Assembly (NCBI GenBank): GCA_023253495.1
Contig: JALRGF010000172.1
Location: 1-34,937 of the forward strand
DNA: 34,937 nucleotides
Reading direction: 5' to 3'
Source: Verrucomicrobiales bacterium
GTDB taxonomy: Bacteria > Verrucomicrobiota > Verrucomicrobiia > Verrucomicrobiales > V1-33
The position numbers were made by a program, and so were the translations under genes. This document shows positions 26,534 to 34,649 of this stretch, piece by piece (within the stretch, counting starts at the first letter, position 1; the number at the start of each line of letters is the position of its first letter). The notes below the pieces were generated by a model that saw nothing but the letters and a program-made list of their open reading frames with translations, was not told the origin of the DNA and did no database searches.

Positions 26534-27790
26534 CTATTCCGGCAGCGGCCGGCCACGGGTTTCCGGCGCCAGCCAGACCAGAAGCAGTCCGCCAACGTAC
26601 ACCAGGGTGATTACCGCGCCCATCTGCGGATAGCCGCCGTAGTGCGCCACCAGCTGTCCGCTGGTCAGCGCGCCCACCGCCGCCACAATCCGCCCGGCAT
26701 TGAAACACAACCCCTGCCCGGTCGCCCGCACCCGGGTCGGAAAGAGCTCCGGCAAATACAACGGAAACCACCCGTAAAAGGCCGCCGTGGTCGCCCCGGT
26801 CAGGCACACCAGGGTGAGAAATACCGGGCCGTATTCCGTCTGGGTGCGGAACAGGACCGCGCAGACCACCAGCGAGACCAGGCACAGCACGCTGTACCCG
26901 ATCCTCCGGGTCACCCGCCCCAGCAGAATCGGCGCCAGCAGACTGCCCACCGTGGCCCCCAGCGCGGAAAGCGTGTGCGCCGTTGCCTTCGCCCCGTCCA
27001 CCGCTCCGGCGGTCATCTTGTCGGCCCACAGCGGGATCCACTGGACCGACCCCCAGGTTCCGATCAGGGCCACCGACGTCAGCCCGATCCCGACCAGGGT
27101 GCGTCCGAGCAGCGGTCCCCCCAGCACCTCGGCCAACGGTGATCCCGCCACCCCGCGCGGCCGCGCCGCCGCCGCCTCCCGCGCCGCCATCCAGCGCTCT
27201 GACTCCGGCACAAACAGACGGATCAAAAACGTCAGGACCGCCGGCGAGGCGCCGACCAGAAACATCCAGCGCCACGACTCCGGCGTGACCGGCCAGATCG
27301 CCGCCACCACCCCCACCAGCACCATGCCGATATTCGCCGCCGCCCCGATCGCCCCCGCCAGCCACGGACGGTGCTTTTCCGGCCACACCTCCATCACCAG
27401 GGCCACCCCCAGCGCCCACTCGCCACCCATACCCAGGGCCGCCACAAACCGAAACACCCCGAGGTGCCACGGCTCGGCCGCAAAATACGCCGCCCCGCTG
27501 AACAGCGAATAGCACAGAATGCTCAACGACATCGCCCGCACCCGCCCGATCCGGTCGCCCAACCACCCGAAAACCACCCCACCCAGAGCCGCCCCGATCA
27601 GAAAAGCCGCCGTGATCCGCCCCATCCACTGTCCGACCTCCCCTTCGCCACCGGGACCCAGCATCGACAGCAACGCCGGCCGCGCCACCACCGGAAACAA
27701 CCCGATTTCAAAACCGTCAAACAACCAGCCGAGAAAAGCCGCCACCAGGGCGAGCATCGGGCCGCGGGTGGATCCGGAAACAGAAGACAT
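26534..27790 (-). CDS. MFS transporter
   Basis: 418 aa counted from the ATG at 27790 (MSSVSGSTRGPMLALVAAFLGWLFDGFE). MFS motif A is present (GWLGDRIGRVRAM) and I count about 12 hydrophobic segments. The 5' part of the 705-aa track ORF is non-protein-like. Confidence 0.9.
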   Translation of the reverse strand: MSSVSGSTRGPMLALVAAFLGWLFDGFEIGLFPVVARPALLSMLGPGGEGEVGQWMGRITAAFLIGAALGGVVFGWLGDRIGRVRAMSLSILCYSLFSGAAYFAAEPWHLGVFRFVAALGMGGEWALGVALVMEVWPEKHRPWLAGAIGAAANIGMVLVGVVAAIWPVTPESWRWMFLVGASPAVLTFLIRLFVPESERWMAAREAAAARPRGVAGSPLAEVLGGPLLGRTLVGIGLTSVALIGTWGSVQWIPLWADKMTAGAVDGAKATAHTLSALGATVGSLLAPILLGRVTRRIGYSVLCLVSLVVCAVLFRTQTEYGPVFLTLVCLTGATTAAFYGWFPLYLPELFPTRVRATGQGLCFNAGRIVAAVGALTSGQLVAHYGGYPQMGAVITLVYVGGLLLVWLAPETRGRPLPE

Positions 27791-27925
27791 CCCCCTGCCA
27801 TAGCCGGTCCGGCCACCTGCTGGCCATTTCTTTTTTCCGCAAACCCGCGACTCTCCCGCCCGGCCGCTCCCGATCCCCGACCGGTCGTGCGATTGGCCAC
27901 TTGCCGCCGGGCGGGGGGAGGTGGT

Positions 27926-28849
27926 ATGGGACCGCTTCCGATTGCGCCGATGACCGAGACTCCGCCCGTTGCCAGCAGCAAAGCCGCCGTTTTTGTCCGG
28001 CGGCTCGGGAGCACGCTGGTCTTGTGGGCGCTGATTGCCGCGGCCGTCTGGACCGGCCAGCCGCTTCTCTTTTTCGGCATCATTGTCGCGCTCGGAGCCC
28101 TGGGGCTGGTCGAGTGGCGGCGCCTGTTCGGCGCCACGCTGGACGGCGGATGGCGGGTGTGGCTGTATTCGGTCAGCGCCTTGTACGCCGCCCTTGTGTT
28201 CTGGCAGAGCCGCGGCGGCCACGGCGGCTCCCCAGGCCTGCCGGAGGCGGTGGCGCTGCCGCTCTTGTTTTTCGGGCTCTTCGCCGGCACGCTGCGCGCC
28301 CCGCTGGAAGGCCGCGAAACACTCTGGCGCGTCCTCGTCGCGCTGGCCGGATTCATCTACGTCGTCTTCCTCTTCAGCTTCGCCTGGCGTCTGGTGCTGG
28401 TACCCCGCTGGACCGGCTCCGGCCCGCTGCCCGGCATCTTCTATCTGCTGTTTGTCATCGCCGTCACCAAGTTCACCGACATGGGCGCCTATGCCGTCGG
28501 CGTCGTCTTCGGCCGTCACAAAATGATCCCGCATATCAGCCCGGGCAAAACCTGGGAGGGACTGGCGGGAGCCTTCCTCGGTGCCTTCGCCGCCGCTCAT
28601 GGCATGGTGGCCGTCTTCGGAAAACACATCCCGATCATCGACCACGCCCATGCCGCCGGGCTTGCCGTGGCCCTCGCCGCCATCACCGTGGTCGCGGATC
28701 TCGCCGAATCAGTCATCAAACGGTGCCTTGAAGCCAAGGATTCCGGACACTTTCTGCCCGGCATCGGCGGGGCCCTCGATCTGATTGACAGCCTGCTGTT
28801 CACCGCTCCCGCCGCATGGCTGTATTTCCACTTCGTGGTGACATCATGA
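27926..28849 (+). CDS. cdsA: Phosphatidate cytidylyltransferase (CDP-diglyceride synthase), with atypical signature residues
   Basis: Polytopic membrane protein with ISPGKTWEGL and the C-terminal SVIKRCLEAKDSGHFLPGIGGALDLIDS (compare E. coli KDSGHLIPGHGGILDRIDS). GGAGG lies upstream of the ATG at 27926. The stop overlaps the dxr start, the classic cdsA-dxr order. Confidence 0.85.
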   Translation: MGPLPIAPMTETPPVASSKAAVFVRRLGSTLVLWALIAAAVWTGQPLLFFGIIVALGALGLVEWRRLFGATLDGGWRVWLYSVSALYAALVFWQSRGGHGGSPGLPEAVALPLLFFGLFAGTLRAPLEGRETLWRVLVALAGFIYVVFLFSFAWRLVLVPRWTGSGPLPGIFYLLFVIAVTKFTDMGAYAVGVVFGRHKMIPHISPGKTWEGLAGAFLGAFAAAHGMVAVFGKHIPIIDHAHAAGLAVALAAITVVADLAESVIKRCLEAKDSGHFLPGIGGALDLIDSLLFTAPAAWLYFHFVVTS

Positions 28850-30036
28850 CTCCCGGAGCCGCCCCACCCACCTCGCCCAGGCGCGTCGTCATCCTCGGAT
28901 CGACCGGATCCATCGGCACCAGCGCCCTGAAAGTGGCCCGCGACCTGCCGGCATGGATGCAGGTCGTCGGACTGGCAGCCGCCGGCAACGGGACCGCGCT
29001 CGCCGACCAGGCCGCAGAATTCAACGTGCCGCACGTCGCGCTGGCCGACCCCACCGCGGCCGCCGCCACCGCTTCCCTGCTGCCGGCCGGCACCGCCCTG
29101 CACCGCGGGGCGTCCGGTCTGGTTGACCTCGTGGAGGCGACCCGTCCCGACCTCGTCCTCGTCGCCATTGTCGGCACAGCCGGTCTGCGGCCGGCCCTGG
29201 CGGCGATTGCCGCCGGTGCCGACCTTGCCGTGGCCAGCAAGGAGATTCTGGTGATGGCCGGCGAAACGGTAATGGCGGCCGCCCGGGAAAAAGGGGTGCG
29301 CCTGCTGCCGGTCGACAGCGAACACAACGCCATTTTCCAGTGCCTCGAAGGCCGCGATCCCGACAGCGTGGCCCGGCTGCTGCTCACCGCCAGCGGCGGC
29401 CCGTTCCGCGCCCTGCCGGCCGCCGACCTCGCCCGGGTCACGGTGGCCGAAGCCCTGAAACACCCGACCTGGAACATGGGCCGCAAGATCACCATCGACT
29501 CGGCCACCCTGTTCAACAAAGGCCTCGAAATGATCGAAGCCCGCTGGCTCTTCGACGTCGGCATGGACCGCATCGAGGTCGTCGTCCACCCCCAGAGCAT
29601 CGTCCACAGCATGGTGGAATTTGTCGATGGCTCGGTGCTCGCGCAGCTCAGCCATTCGGACATGTGCTTTCCCATTCAGTATGCCGTCACCTGGCCGGCG
29701 CGCACCCGCGGCCGCCTGCGGCCGGTCGACTTCGCCGCCCTCGGACAACTGACTTTCGAAGCCCCGCGCACCCGTGATTTCCCGGCTCTCGAACTCGCCC
29801 GCCACGCCGGCACCACCGGCGGCACCCTGCCCGCCGTCCTCAATGCCGCCAACGAGGTGGCGGTCGCCGCCTTTCTCGACGGCCGGCTCCCGTTTCCCGG
29901 CATCTGGCGCGTGGTCGAAGACACCATGAACCGCCACCCGGTCCATCCGCATCCCTCCCTCGAGGACATTCTCGAGGCCGACGCCTGGGCCCGGGCCCGG
30001 GCCGAAGCCGCCCTGCCTTCCTTCCGCTGCGCCTGA
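28846..30036 (+). CDS. dxr: 1-deoxy-D-xylulose 5-phosphate reductoisomerase
   Basis: VVILGSTGSIGTSALKV (NADPH site), LPVDSEHNAIFQCL, LTASGGPFR, HPTWNMGRKITIDSATLFNKGLE, VVVHPQSIVHSMVEFVDGS. The ATGA overlap with the cdsA stop sets the start at 28846. Confidence 0.95.
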   Translation: MTPGAAPPTSPRRVVILGSTGSIGTSALKVARDLPAWMQVVGLAAAGNGTALADQAAEFNVPHVALADPTAAAATASLLPAGTALHRGASGLVDLVEATRPDLVLVAIVGTAGLRPALAAIAAGADLAVASKEILVMAGETVMAAAREKGVRLLPVDSEHNAIFQCLEGRDPDSVARLLLTASGGPFRALPAADLARVTVAEALKHPTWNMGRKITIDSATLFNKGLEMIEARWLFDVGMDRIEVVVHPQSIVHSMVEFVDGSVLAQLSHSDMCFPIQYAVTWPARTRGRLRPVDFAALGQLTFEAPRTRDFPALELARHAGTTGGTLPAVLNAANEVAVAAFLDGRLPFPGIWRVVEDTMNRHPVHPHPSLEDILEADAWARARAEAALPSFRCA

Positions 30037-30116
30037 CCCAACGGCGCCGGCCCCCCGGAAAAAATGATCCGGAAAAAAGCGGCGGCCGGACCGCCGCGCA
30101 CGCGTAGGCTCCGAAC

Positions 30117-30560
30117 ATGTCCGCTTCGTCCGACCCCCCATCCCCCATACCCGCCGCGCCCGACTCCCCGGCCTCCGAGCCGGCACCCGGTCCAGCCACG
30201 GACACCGCCCCCGCGGCCGGCGGGGCGGCGGCCGGGGCGGAGGCGCTGTGCGATGAAGCGGCCGGGGACGTGGCCGTGGGGGATCTGGAGGCGGCGGTGG
30301 GCAAATACCGGCGGGCGACGGAGCTGGATCCTTCGTGTTTCGAAGCATGGCATGCCCTCGGCATGGCGCTGATGAAATGCGACCGCCTCAAGGAAGCGAT
30401 CGGTGCCGGTCTCATGGCCACCACGCTGCAACCGAACGACCTGCTCGCCTGGACCGCCCTTTCCCAGATGTACGTGAAGAACGGCCAGATCGCCGAGGCC
30501 GAGGACGCCAAGGGCAAGGCGCGCATCCTTTCCCTGGGCGGCAAAGTGGTGCGCGGGTAG
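30117..30560 (+). CDS. Small TPR-repeat protein with Pro/Ala-rich N-terminus
   Basis: GDLEAAVGKYRRATELDPSCFEAWHALGMALMKCDRLKEAIGAGLMATTLQPNDLLAWTALSQMYVKNGQIAEAEDA reads as 2-3 TPR units. Confidence 0.7.
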   Translation: MSASSDPPSPIPAAPDSPASEPAPGPATDTAPAAGGAAAGAEALCDEAAGDVAVGDLEAAVGKYRRATELDPSCFEAWHALGMALMKCDRLKEAIGAGLMATTLQPNDLLAWTALSQMYVKNGQIAEAEDAKGKARILSLGGKVVRG

Positions 30561-30681
30561 CGCCGCAGGATTCCGGTTTGAGCTTTGCCAATCCGGGGTA
30601 ACACGAAGTCGGGACACCGGCGACCGACCGGGGCGCGGACCGGAGTCCCCAGATCACCAAAACCCGAGCCCTTTTTCCCAC

Positions 30682-32283
30682 GTGAAGCCGTTTTATCTCA
30701 CCACCGCCATTGATTATCCGAACGCGGCGCCGCACCTCGGCCACGCCTACGAAAAGGTGCTGGCCGATGCCATCGCGCGCCACGTCCGCCGGACCGGACG
30801 CCCGGTCCACTTCCTCACCGGCCTGGATCAGCACGGCCAGAAAGTCCAGCAGACCGCGGAAAAAGCCGGCATCCACCCGGCCACCCACGTCAAAAAAACT
30901 TCCAAACTCTTCACCCGGCTCTGGGAATCACTCAGCATCAGCCACGACGCCTGGATCGAAACCACCGACGAGCGCCACAAGAAAGCCGTGCGCACCCTCC
31001 TGCAGCGGCTCTACGACGCCGGTGACATCACCAAGGGCACTTACCGCGGCTATTACAGCGTGCGCCAGGAACAATACATCACCGCCAAGGAGCGCCGCGA
31101 GGACGGTTCGTTCGGCCCGGAATGGGGCGAGGTGGTCGAACTGGAGGAGGAAAACTGGTACTTCGCCCTGAAAAAACATCTGCCCTGGCTGCGCGCCTTC
31201 CTCAACTCCCACCCCAAAGCGGTCTTTCCCGCAAGCCGCCTTCGCAACCTCGTCCAGGCCGTCGAAGAATCCGAGGGCGCCGACCTCTGCATCTCGCGGC
31301 CCAAATCACGTCTGCGCTGGGGCATCGAACTGCCCTTCGACCCCGATTACGTCTGCTACGTGTGGTTCGACGCCCTGACCAACTACATCAGCGGGGCCGG
31401 CTGGCCGGACGGCTCGTGGGACGCCGGCGGCCCGCGCTTTGACGAGCTCTGGCCCAACGACTGCAACGTCATCGGCAAGGACATCCTCGTCCCCGCCCAT
31501 GGCATCTACTGGCTCTGCATGCTCCACGCCGCCGGCTTCACCGACGACCAGATGCCGCGCTTCCTCGTCCACGGATGGTGGAACATCCGCAACCAGGCCG
31601 GCGAAAGCGAAAAAATGAGCAAATCCCTCGGCAACGTGGTCGATCCCCAGGCGCTCGTCGACACCGTCGGCGCCGACGCCCTCCGCTATTACCTGCTCAG
31701 CGAAATGACCACCGGCCAGGACGCCGATTTCTCCCACGAGCGCCTCATCGTGCGCACCAACGCCGAACTCGCCAACGGCCTGGGCAACCTGCTCAACCGC
31801 GCCCTCAATATGACCCAGCGCTACTGCGGCGGCGTGGTCACCCGCGGCCACCACGACGACCCCCTGCTCGCCGAGGTGCGCGACGCCGTCGCCACCCTGC
31901 CCGCCCGCCACCTCGCCGCCCTCGAAACGTGGCAGTTCAACCGCGCCCTCGAGGCGGCCTGGTCGGTCATCGATACCGCCAACCGCTTCGTCGAGCGCAC
32001 CGAACCTTTCAAGCTGGCCAAGGATCCGGCCCAGGCCGACCGGGTCACCGGCATCATGCACCACCTCTGCGAGGCGCTGGCCCATCTCTCAATCTTCCTC
32101 GAACCGGTCATCCCCGCCGCCATGAGCCAGCTCCGCGCCCAGCTGCGCTGGGAACCGCCCGCCGGACTGACCTACCACACCCTGCGCTGGGGCCTGCTGC
32201 CCGACGGCCACACCATCGGCAAACCAAAACCCCTCTTCACCAAAATCGAAACCGACGCCGCCGCTCCTCCCGCCGCCGGGTGA
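30682..32283 (+). CDS. metG: Methionyl-tRNA synthetase (short form, no C-terminal tRNA-binding appendage)
   Basis: GTG start. HIGH motif (AAPHLGHAYE), KMSKS motif (EKMSKSLGNVVDP), and WFDALTNYIS. Confidence 0.95.
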   Translation: MKPFYLTTAIDYPNAAPHLGHAYEKVLADAIARHVRRTGRPVHFLTGLDQHGQKVQQTAEKAGIHPATHVKKTSKLFTRLWESLSISHDAWIETTDERHKKAVRTLLQRLYDAGDITKGTYRGYYSVRQEQYITAKERREDGSFGPEWGEVVELEEENWYFALKKHLPWLRAFLNSHPKAVFPASRLRNLVQAVEESEGADLCISRPKSRLRWGIELPFDPDYVCYVWFDALTNYISGAGWPDGSWDAGGPRFDELWPNDCNVIGKDILVPAHGIYWLCMLHAAGFTDDQMPRFLVHGWWNIRNQAGESEKMSKSLGNVVDPQALVDTVGADALRYYLLSEMTTGQDADFSHERLIVRTNAELANGLGNLLNRALNMTQRYCGGVVTRGHHDDPLLAEVRDAVATLPARHLAALETWQFNRALEAAWSVIDTANRFVERTEPFKLAKDPAQADRVTGIMHHLCEALAHLSIFLEPVIPAAMSQLRAQLRWEPPAGLTYHTLRWGLLPDGHTIGKPKPLFTKIETDAAAPPAAG

Positions 32284-32372
32284 CACCCCCGCCCTCGACC
32301 GACCCCTCCGCCCCTCCCCATCAGCCCGGCCGCCGATTCCGGCCCGCCGCACGCCACCCGTCGCCAGAGCTC

Positions 32373-32404
32373 CCGCCGATCCGCCGATCCGCCGATCCGC
32401 CGTC
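32373..32404. repeat. 8-bp tandem repeat CCGCCGAT x3 plus a degenerate fourth copy (CCGCCGTC)
   Basis: Read directly at 32373-32380, 32381-32388, 32389-32396 and 32397-32404, in the metG-dnaA intergenic region. Confidence 0.9.
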
Positions 32405-32691
32405 CGCGGCGGAAAACCCGACCGCGGCAGTCGGCAATTCATTCCAGCTGTTGCGGTTTTCTAAAAAGATTTCTGGTGGGCTGTGGGAAATGCAGCTCCC
32501 TGACCGACTTTTTTTACAAAACAGGCAAATGCCCTTGTCGGCAAATTGACCGCCGTCTAGCGTCCCCTCGCCCTCTCCTTGCGGAGCGGGATTCCTTCGA
32601 TGGACACCTGCCGGACCATCGCCGGGGAGGACTCCATCCGGCCCATAATCAATTGATATTCAACGATCATACCTCCCGGGGGAAGACAGAA

Positions 32692-34125
32692 ATGACGAAC
32701 GCACTCGACGGCCTGTGGGAAAAAATCTGTGACACCGTGCGGCTCGGGATGACCCCCGACGCCTTCCAGCGATGGTTCGCTCCAGCGCGTCTCATGGAAG
32801 CAAATGAGGAGTCCCTCACCCTCGCCGTCCCCAACAGCATTCAGCAGCTGTGGATCGAGTCGAACTACGCCTCCCTGCTCCAGGACGCCATCATCGTCAC
32901 CTTGGGCGACCGCCGGACCGTGAAATTCCGCGTCGAAATGAACGGAGCCGGCACTCCCCGCCCGAATGCCGCCGGCCACGGGGGGCACGCCGTGGACGTC
33001 AACGGCACTCCGGGCAGCCGGAGCGCGCGCCCGTCCGATCCCGCACAGGCCTCACCCGCCCCGCGCCCCACAGGCACCCCCGCAGCCGCCGGCAGCGAAA
33101 CCACCGGCGGCTTCAACCCGAAATACGTCTTCTCCAACTTCGTCGTCGGCACCAGCAACCAGTTCGCCCACGCCGCCGCCCACGCCGTGGCCGAAAACCC
33201 GGCCCGCATCTACAACCCCCTGTTCATCCACGGCGGGGTCGGCCTGGGCAAAACCCACCTCATGCAGGCGATCGGCCACCACATCCTCGCCCACCGCAAA
33301 AAAGCACGCGTCCTCTACCTCTCCAGCGAACAGTTCACCAATGAGTTCATCGACGCCATCCAGCAAGGCACCCTGACCAAATTCCGCCGCCGCTACCGGC
33401 AGGCCGACGTGCTCCTCATCGACGACGTCCAGTTCTTCGCCGGCAAGGAACGTTCCCAGGACGAGTTTTTCCACACCTTCAACGCCCTGTTCGACGGCCA
33501 CCGGCAGATCGTCATGACCAGCGACCGCCCGCCCAGCGAAATGCAGAAACTGGAGGCACGGCTGGTCTCACGCTTCGAATGGGGCATCGCCGCCGAAATG
33601 CAGGTCCCCGATGTCGAAACCCGCACCGCCATCCTGCGCCACAAAATGTCCCAGCTCCAGGTCACCCTGCCGGATGACGTGGTCCGCTTCATCGCCGAAC
33701 GCATCAGCAACAACGTGCGCCGGCTCGAGGGCAGCCTGCTCCGGCTCGCCAGCTTCGCCTCGCTCTCCAACGAAAAACTCACCCAGCCAAGGGTCGAGGA
33801 CCTGCTGCGCGACCTGCTCCAGGAGGACGCCCACAACCAGGTCACCATCGACAAAATCCAGCGGGTGGTCGCCGAACACTTCGACGTGCGCCTGGCCGAC
33901 ATGACCAGCAAACGCCGCCCCGCCTGCATCGCCTTTCCCCGCCAGATCGCCATGCACCTCGCCCGCCACCTGACCCGCGCCTCGTTCTCCGAAATCGGCA
34001 TGGCCTTCGGCGGTCGCGACCACGGCACCGTCATGCACGCCTGCAAATTGATCACCGGCCGCATGAACGACGACCCCAAGCTGCGCAGCTCCATCCTCGT
34101 GCTCGAATCCCGGCTCAAAGGGTGA
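32692..34125 (+). CDS. dnaA: Chromosomal replication initiator protein DnaA
   Basis: Domain I (LWEKICDTVRLGMTPDAFQRWF), a P/A-rich linker, AAA+ Walker A GGVGLGKTHLMQAIGH, Walker B LLIDDVQF, and the domain IV signature FGGRDHGTVMHACKLI. The start is set at the ATG at 32692 (MTNALDGLW). Confidence 0.95.
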   Translation: MTNALDGLWEKICDTVRLGMTPDAFQRWFAPARLMEANEESLTLAVPNSIQQLWIESNYASLLQDAIIVTLGDRRTVKFRVEMNGAGTPRPNAAGHGGHAVDVNGTPGSRSARPSDPAQASPAPRPTGTPAAAGSETTGGFNPKYVFSNFVVGTSNQFAHAAAHAVAENPARIYNPLFIHGGVGLGKTHLMQAIGHHILAHRKKARVLYLSSEQFTNEFIDAIQQGTLTKFRRRYRQADVLLIDDVQFFAGKERSQDEFFHTFNALFDGHRQIVMTSDRPPSEMQKLEARLVSRFEWGIAAEMQVPDVETRTAILRHKMSQLQVTLPDDVVRFIAERISNNVRRLEGSLLRLASFASLSNEKLTQPRVEDLLRDLLQEDAHNQVTIDKIQRVVAEHFDVRLADMTSKRRPACIAFPRQIAMHLARHLTRASFSEIGMAFGGRDHGTVMHACKLITGRMNDDPKLRSSILVLESRLKG

Positions 34126-34165
34126 GGTCCCGAGACAGCGTACCGGACCACCTGTAGCATTTCGC

Positions 34166-34187
34166 AATATGCTCATATGAGCATATT
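34166..34187. promoter_or_regulatory. Perfect 22-bp AT-rich palindrome AATATGCTCATATGAGCATATT, with an imperfect second copy at 34245-34266
   Basis: The reverse complement was checked by hand and is identical. The second copy AATATGTTCATATGCGCATATC lies 79 bp downstream within the next repeat unit. Confidence 0.85.
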
Positions 34188-34368
34188 CCAATAGCGCACT
34201 TGGTGGCGGGGGCCACAGAGTACCTGTCCAGCGATGGCATCCGCAATATGTTCATATGCGCATATCCCAATAGCGGGCCACAGCGTACCTGTCCAGCGAT
34301 GGGGAGGTCACAGCGTACCTGTCCAGCGATGGCATTCGACTGGCTGGGGGCCCACAGGGTACCTGTCC

Positions 34369-34414
34369 GGATGTTGTGCATGTGTTCGTTTGGATGTTGT
34401 ACATGTGTTCGTTT
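34369..34414 (+). repeat. Tandem AT-rich 23-mer x2 (GGATGTTGTGCATGTGTTCGTTT / GGATGTTGTACATGTGTTCGTTT)
   Basis: Read directly at 34369-34391 and 34392-34414, with one mismatch. Confidence 0.9.
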
Positions 34415-34649
34415 GAACGCATATTGATATTCGCCATGGCGACGCACCGACAGCGTGCCTGTCCGAATGCCGCTCCCAAGTGGCAACGCCTTGCCCCGAT
34501 CCCACCCCGCCGTCTCTTCCGGCCCCGTCCGAGGCGCTTGCGTACGGGCAATTCCCGCTTGCGCCGCCGGCCATGGCCGGGACAGTCGTGCTGCCGGAGG
34601 GGTATGGAGTCCCTCCATCCTTCCGCGAGGATCCGCCCCGTTTCCCGTC

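Larger units (their letters stand above)
34157..34470 (+). repeat. Intergenic repeat array 2 (downstream of dnaA): two long units with AT-rich palindromes, then short units, each carrying the core CACAGCGTACCTGTCC(AGCGATGG)
   Basis: Cores at 34214-34237, 34279-34302, 34309-34332 and 34353-34370, plus a degenerate GACAGCGTGCCTGTCC at 34449-34469. All are in the same orientation. The exact 16-mer is the same as in array 1. Confidence 0.9.

Noticed and set aside
26172-28651. 485-aa minus-strand ORF (26172..27629) and the 5' 287 codons of the 705-aa ORF 26534..28651
   Set aside because: The first is an alternative frame across the MFS gene. The second would run through the divergent promoter and antisense to cdsA. 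The MFS homology and hydrophobic segments begin only at the ATG at 27790.
30079-30097. GC hairpin GCGGCGG-ccgga-CCGCCGC after dxr
   Set aside because: It could be the dxr terminator, but on the plus strand it has no U-tract. The T-tract lies only on the minus-strand side, where I can support no gene that needs terminating. I left it uncalled.
28597-30348. 583-aa minus-strand ORF, plus ORFs 29676..30617 and 29840..30604
   Set aside because: They are antisense to dxr and the TPR gene. The composition is low-complexity R/G/P/A with no motifs, whereas dxr on the plus strand is unambiguous.
12097-34470. The two arrays as direct-repeat borders (att-like) of a 22-kb mobile island
   Set aside because: The enclosed genes are core housekeeping (ribosomal proteins, dxr, cdsA, metG, dnaA). 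There is no integrase, transposase or tRNA target, and I saw no obvious compositional shift.
32284-34649. Canonical DnaA boxes (TTATCCACA / TGTGGATAA) flanking dnaA
   Set aside because: By eye I found no perfect or one-mismatch match to the strict consensus, only TGTGGGAAA (two mismatches to the strict consensus, one to the relaxed one) and CCACA cores inside the iterated repeat. I therefore report the origin only as a hypothesis.
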